Below, in pieces: positions 6,717-10,889 of a DNA stretch of 10,889 nt. This DNA comes from Candidatus Thorarchaeota archaeon (GTDB taxonomy: Archaea > Asgardarchaeota > Thorarchaeia > Thorarchaeales > Thorarchaeaceae): the NCBI GenBank assembly GCA_048882485.1, contig JBHLRP010000009.1, positions 5,129 to 16,017 of the forward strand. Direction: 5' to 3'. Every line of letters starts with the position of its first letter. Position 1 is the stretch's first letter. Position numbers and translations under genes: made by a program. Below the pieces are notes generated by a model. That model was not told the DNA's origin, searched no databases, and saw only the letters and a list, made by a program, of their open reading frames with translations.

Positions 6717-7109
6717 CTACGACTTGAAGTAGTTTTTCATGGGATCAAAATAGAAGTCCTTCCAGCCCTGCTTGTAATCATATTTCTGGCCCTCCGGAAT
6801 CTCCGTATGGATTAAGACGATTTTCGTACCTTTCTCAACCTCCTCCAGAATGATCTCGACAGTAGAATCAGGACTGCCGGATGGAAAATCAGTTGTACGC
6901 CATTTCTGAATGATCCTCTTGCCTGGTTCCATCTCTATCGTCTTACCTTCAATATAGCCGTCCCATGCTGTGAACTTCCCATTGACCTTAGGTTCGACCT
7001 TTGCCTCACTCCCAGTCATGGCGCTGTGTTTCTTGCTATCTAGCCATGACTCATAAATTTCCATTGGCTTCGCGGAAATAGTTGTTGACATTTTCAGTTC
7101 CTCTGTCAT
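6717..7109 (-). CDS. AHSA1/SRPBCC (Aha1 C-terminal-like START fold) protein
   Basis: IYESWLDS..HS.MTG..A......G.FTAWDGYI.G...E.EPGKRI.Q.WR..DFP....S.V.I.L......T...L.H..IP........GW..FYF.PMK.YF. Likely start ATG7109 after a purine-rich RBS. Confidence 0.92.
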   Translation of the reverse strand: MTEELKMSTTISAKPMEIYESWLDSKKHSAMTGSEAKVEPKVNGKFTAWDGYIEGKTIEMEPGKRIIQKWRTTDFPSGSPDSTVEIILEEVEKGTKIVLIHTEIPEGQKYDYKQGWKDFYFDPMKNYFKS

Positions 7110-7149
7110 TTCCTTGCCTCTCCTCCATTGCACCGCTTTCTTAGAATCA

Positions 7150-7392
7150 TCATAGCTTTTGGATGAATTGCTGCACTTGGTATTCCCACTCCCGAGTTCT
7201 CAGGACTACCTCATTCTCATGGTCATGCTCAATCACCTCGAGTGTGATGTAGCCCAAATCGCTAACAAACTCCATGCAGCATGTTGCTTCAGGATTCCTT
7301 GCAGCTAGTCCAAATCTTCCATCGAACTCAGCCTTCGCTTTTCGGATGATTTCAGCTCTGTCCAGCTTTGTTCGTTTCGACATTACTTTCAT
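7150..7392 (-). CDS. Small conserved hypothetical protein (CC motif; C-terminal TREWEYQV..F)
   Basis: Protein-like C-terminal ~80 aa (KLDRAEII.KA...F...GL......CC.EF....GY.......EV.L.TREWEYQVQQF). The longer ORF call to 7470 runs through an AT-rich TATA region, so the start is probably ATG7392 or ATG7401. Confidence 0.7.
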   Translation of the reverse strand: MKVMSKRTKLDRAEIIRKAKAEFDGRFGLAARNPEATCCMEFVSDLGYITLEVIEHDHENEVVLRTREWEYQVQQFIQKL

Positions 7393-7535
7393 AGTCTTCA
7401 TTATAGTTAATATATCATTATAATATACAGCTTTCCATAGATGAGCTGAAACGTTTGCCTCTAGAGCCAAATGGATTTCTAGCTACCTTTGTGCATGCCA
7501 GATATTGCATGCTTACTTCTGCGGCATCACTTTTT

Positions 7536-8081
7536 CTAACAATTGGTCAGGAATGCTTCGTTTGCAAGATGATAGATTAAGCGAGCAGTTTCAGGATTCC
7601 ATACACCCTTCTTAGTATCAAAGAACTTCTCCATAGCATCAGCAGAAACGACCTGGCCCACTATGAGTGTGTGATTTCCAATAGGAACCATATTCTTCAC
7701 TTTGCACTCAAAGGAGGCGATGGCCTCTTCCACTGAGGTCGCATTCTTGTCTGTTTTCCCAGGTACTGGAGTCAAACCAGCCTTTGTTATCTTGTCTTCA
7801 TACTGTCGGCCGGTATGGGTGCCTGCCCACCACAGCTCACTTAGAGCATTAAGGGGCATTATATTGACAGTGAAAACACCAGCTTCCTTGACTATATTGT
7901 AGCTGGACTTGTTTGGAGAAATCACTATCCCGAATAATGGGGGCCGAACTGAGAGAGGAGTGGCCCATGCAACAGCAATGGCGGCTTTACTGTTATCTCT
8001 TGGATCATTTGCCGTGATTAAATACGTCGGGTGTGGGCCTGATAATGCAATGAAGGCATTCGTGTCACATCTAGATCTCAT
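7536..8081 (-). CDS. Flavin reductase family protein (flavoredoxin / DIM6-NTAB-like, FMN-binding split barrel)
   Basis: P.PTYLIT, VAWATPLS..PPLFGI.I, FTVNI, G..TGR...DK, FECKV......G.H.L.VG.V motifs. Likely start ATG8081; the ORF track starts at 8093. Confidence 0.92.
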   Translation of the reverse strand: MRSRCDTNAFIALSGPHPTYLITANDPRDNSKAAIAVAWATPLSVRPPLFGIVISPNKSSYNIVKEAGVFTVNIMPLNALSELWWAGTHTGRQYEDKITKAGLTPVPGKTDKNATSVEEAIASFECKVKNMVPIGNHTLIVGQVVSADAMEKFFDTKKGVWNPETARLIYHLANEAFLTNC

Positions 8082-8084
8082 AGA

Positions 8085-8105
8085 ATTAACCATTGTTAAT
8101 ATACT
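8085..8105. promoter_or_regulatory. Palindromic element TTAAC-N4-GTTAA, copy 2
   Basis: ATTAACCATTGTTAAT is a 6-bp-arm palindrome, extended by ATACT. It lies immediately upstream of ATG8081 and is a near-duplicate of 6487..6507. Confidence 0.5.
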
Positions 8106-8137
8106 GATAAGCTATACGATATGTCGTGAAAATGTAG

Positions 8138-9268
8138 TTATTGGTGCCTAGATTCCTCAGCCTTTCTGATACGTTCTCGAAGATCCGCGATTTCCTTATT
8201 CCTCTTATCTAGCTCAGCCTTCTTTCGCTGATTTGTCCTCACATAATCGTCATAGGCATCTGACCACTCTTGTCTGGTTTCACGAAGCTGTCGTTTCAAA
8301 TGCTCGTACATGATTCTCTTGACATGTACCGTGTTCTTTAGATTGAGTAGGGCAGTGTCCAAGTCTGAGGTGACATTCGAGAGTTCAGATTCAGTTCTTT
8401 TCAGCTCGGCACGCAAGTTAAGAATCTCAGTTGGTGATTCCTCGACTAGCCTTTCATCAGTCACAGGTTCATGGACTGATGATACATAATCAGCAACCTC
8501 CATTCTTGCTTCAAATGGACTTGCCGGTTCACTGGCTCCTGCTTCACTTGGCTCAGTAGGTCCTACAGAACTATTATCTGATACGGGCTGAACTGATTCA
8601 GTTTCAGAAGTTACAATACCTGTATCATTCACATCTTCATCTATAGCCGTAGGCCTGTCAAGTCTGAGCTGGACGCGCTCACTTATTACGGGTTTACCAT
8701 CTGCTTCGTCAATCATCATCTCGGTGAGCGACTTGAAGGCTTGGTCAATATTCTCACCAGTCAATGCTGATGTTTCGATGAAGATGGATGGAGTGTTCAT
8801 CTTCTCCCCAAATCTCTTAGTGAATGCTTGGCCCTCTTCGTATGAAACGGTTTCTTCACTTGGGTGACTTGGTCTCAGATCAATCTTGTTGCCTATAATA
8901 ATCAGAGGGGGAAGTTTGCCCATGAATCCATGTGCTTCGACAAGCCATTTCGATGCATTGTCGAATGATTCTCTATTGACTACAGAATATGTCAGCAGGA
9001 GACCGCTGCATCCTTCATAATATCGTCTACGAAGGCCCTGAAAAAGGGGTTGCCCAGCTATGTCCCATATCAACAGGTAGATAGGAGTCTTTCCCATGAC
9101 AAAGGTCTTCTGCGCAAAATCCACTCCCAATGTCGCGATGTAACTTCTCTTGAACACACTACCTAGGAATGAGCGACGTATGCTCGTCTTTCCGACAAAT
9201 CCATCTCCAATCAGGCAGACTTTGAATTGTCGGCGATGTAGTTCAAATGGGATGCAGACTCCCTCCAT
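8138..9268 (-). CDS. Rab-like small GTPase (Ras superfamily) with acidic linker and C-terminal coiled coil
   Basis: G1 GDGFVGKT, G2 YIATLGVDF, G3 WDIAGQ, RabF4-like YYEG, G4 GNKID and G5 ETSA. These are followed by a D/E/S/P-rich linker and ~95 aa of charged heptad-like helix. No C-terminal Cys prenylation motif. Confidence 0.93.
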   Translation of the reverse strand: MEGVCIPFELHRRQFKVCLIGDGFVGKTSIRRSFLGSVFKRSYIATLGVDFAQKTFVMGKTPIYLLIWDIAGQPLFQGLRRRYYEGCSGLLLTYSVVNRESFDNASKWLVEAHGFMGKLPPLIIIGNKIDLRPSHPSEETVSYEEGQAFTKRFGEKMNTPSIFIETSALTGENIDQAFKSLTEMMIDEADGKPVISERVQLRLDRPTAIDEDVNDTGIVTSETESVQPVSDNSSVGPTEPSEAGASEPASPFEARMEVADYVSSVHEPVTDERLVEESPTEILNLRAELKRTESELSNVTSDLDTALLNLKNTVHVKRIMYEHLKRQLRETRQEWSDAYDDYVRTNQRKKAELDKRNKEIADLRERIRKAEESRHQ

Positions 9269-9389
9269 TCAGGGATGGTGGCGTTATCTATCTTCCAATC
9301 TGTTGCTTATAGTGATATTTCAGCTGTGTAAATGAGGATTTCGCAATTTTCGTCGTATCACCCCAGTATCACGCCAATCTGTACCATTG

Positions 9390-10106
9390 CTATTCCTCGA
9401 TTGCTCCTCCAATCTTTCTGAGGTGTTGTCTAAAGGTGAGGGATGGGTCCTTTCTTCTGGCATGAAGATAACTCTCAAACTGTAATTGCTCACTCAGACT
9501 ATTTCCATCTCTAATCTTAGCAGACTGGTTCTGCTCTTTTTCCATTATGGCCTTGGCAGCTTCCAACACTCTTGAAACATCCTCATATGGTACAAAGAGA
9601 ACGCCATCAGGGTCTCCAAACACTACATCTTCTCGGGTCACAGTCAACCCACCAAATCTAGCTAAGTCAAGTGCCTCAGGACTTCGTGGATCGACTCTTT
9701 GGGGTCCGGCCGGATAGGCGCCATAACTCATAATTGGAAGCCCGATATCCTTCAGCTCCTTTGTGTCTCTGTGAGTGCCCCAGACCACAATTCCCCCAAG
9801 TCCGCGTTCCTTCGCTTCAAGCGCGATGAGGTCACCAATGCATCCCTCATCATCCCGACCACTGTTGTCTACCACCAGCACATCCCCCTCATTTGCATCT
9901 TCCATGATTTCCAAGAAGATGTCTACACTTCCAAAATGCTGGCATGGAAGCGATCTACCTGCAATTAGCAATCTACTATCAATCAGCTTGATGCCAGGTG
10001 GGCCTATTCTCAGAGGAACAGCTAGTCGTATACAGGCATCAGCTATTTGTGGTGTAGAGAGATTTGTGAAGGCCTGGTTGATCTGATCGTTTTTCAATGA
10101 TGTCAC
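9390..10106 (-). CDS. RraA-family / HMG aldolase-like protein
   Basis: ST..IADA, GDVLVVDN.G, GCIGDL.A..A...G..G.VVWG..RD, GDPDGVLFVP motifs. GTG start 3 nt after the upstream stop, suggesting co-transcription. Confidence 0.9.
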   Translation of the reverse strand: MTSLKNDQINQAFTNLSTPQIADACIRLAVPLRIGPPGIKLIDSRLLIAGRSLPCQHFGSVDIFLEIMEDANEGDVLVVDNSGRDDEGCIGDLIALEAKERGLGGIVVWGTHRDTKELKDIGLPIMSYGAYPAGPQRVDPRSPEALDLARFGGLTVTREDVVFGDPDGVLFVPYEDVSRVLEAAKAIMEKEQNQSAKIRDGNSLSEQLQFESYLHARRKDPSLTFRQHLRKIGGAIEE

Positions 10107-10109
10107 CTC

Positions 10110-10889
10110 TCATAAGGTCTGTGATGTCTTCGCCTTAGAGTATTGCGTTCCTTGCTTCTTACCGACTGGGCAAACATTGATGCATATCGAACAATCGATG
10201 AAGCTATTCTTTGTTGGTCGGCGAACCAACTTCTTCTCTAGTTTCCGCACATCTGGAGGAACATCCGGAGAACAAGGACTCTCAGCAGAATATGTCATAC
10301 ACCTATGAATCGTTAGCCTATATGGTTCAATCGCGCTACTTGGACATGCTGTAATGCATTTCTCACAATCTCCACACAAATCCTCCTCAAAGGGCTCATC
10401 CGCCTCAAGCTCTGCGGATGTGAGAACAGACACCAACATCACTCTGGGTCCGAGATTTGGCGTCACTAATAGAGTGTTCTTTCCTTGAGCACCCAGACCA
10501 CACCGAACCGCGGTCGTCTTGCAGGGTATTTCAAAAGAAATGAGTGCTTCAAATCCGTTATCTTTCAGATAATCGACGATGAGCTGAGCTTTCCTCCTCA
10601 TGACCTCATAGCCAACATAGTATGATTCGACTTGCTCATTGTCTGGGTGCATCCCATACCCTTTCCAGTCTTGCGGGTATATGGATAAACTGAACGAGTC
10701 ATCCCAGATTTGCTGAGTCATGATGATTACAGATCTAGCTGACTCCAACTCCTCAGAAGGTGTTTTCATCTTTCGAATCTTACCAACCCATCCATAATAC
10801 AAATCACTGACCCTCTCAGGAGTAGTAATTCCTACATCTGCAAATCCACTACCAAGCGCAAGTTCTTTCAGACTCTCTGTAAGAGTAGA
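10110..10889 (-). CDS. Epoxyqueuosine reductase/reductive dehalogenase-like 2x[4Fe-4S] (probably cobalamin-dependent) protein; 5' end beyond window
   Basis: The frame stays open to the window edge (STLTESLKELALGSGFADVGIT...). Motifs: ARSVI, A.RCGLG..GKNTLL.TP.LGPRV.L..VLT, CGDCEKCITACP and C...CSICINVCP. Confidence 0.88.
   Translation of the reverse strand, partial: STLTESLKELALGSGFADVGITTPERVSDLYYGWVGKIRKMKTPSEELESARSVIIMTQQIWDDSFSLSIYPQDWKGYGMHPDNEQVESYYVGYEVMRRKAQLIVDYLKDNGFEALISFEIPCKTTAVRCGLGAQGKNTLLVTPNLGPRVMLVSVLTSAELEADEPFEEDLCGDCEKCITACPSSAIEPYRLTIHRCMTYSAESPCSPDVPPDVRKLEKKLVRRPTKNSFIDCSICINVCPVGKKQGTQYSKAKTSQTL

Noticed and set aside
1-10889. CRISPR array, tRNA/rRNA, transposase or integrase
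   Set aside because: No regularly spaced repeats, cloverleaf/T-loop signatures or recombinase motifs were seen.

Overview
This is a gene-dense archaeal window, most likely Asgard (Thorarchaeia-like). That assignment is inferred from a Rab-like small GTPase, GGAGGT/GGTG ribosome-binding sites and the archaeal gene set. The left part has two convergent genes that both look truncated where they meet (an RDD protein and a small membrane protein). Next comes a possible Fe-S/sulfur/metal cluster: a Cys-rich HTH regulator, a stand-alone Lrp/AsnC ligand domain, a 3-TM protein, Mrp/NBP35, a TRASH/YHS-like mini-protein and a DsrE-family protein. This cluster carries two TATAAC-N3-GTTATA palindromes and a ~155-nt GC-rich, self-complementary intergenic element. 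The centre holds a 907-aa DUF4062-STAND(NB-ARC)-TPR NLR-like protein. The right part is a minus-strand run: QueG/RdhA-like Fe-S protein (open at the window edge), RraA-family protein, Rab-like GTPase with a long coiled-coil tail, flavin reductase, a small hypothetical protein and an AHSA1/SRPBCC protein. A 21-bp near-identical palindromic element lies upstream of both the STAND gene and the flavin reductase. No tRNA, rRNA, CRISPR array or transposase was recognised. All family calls are from motif recognition by eye, with no database searches.
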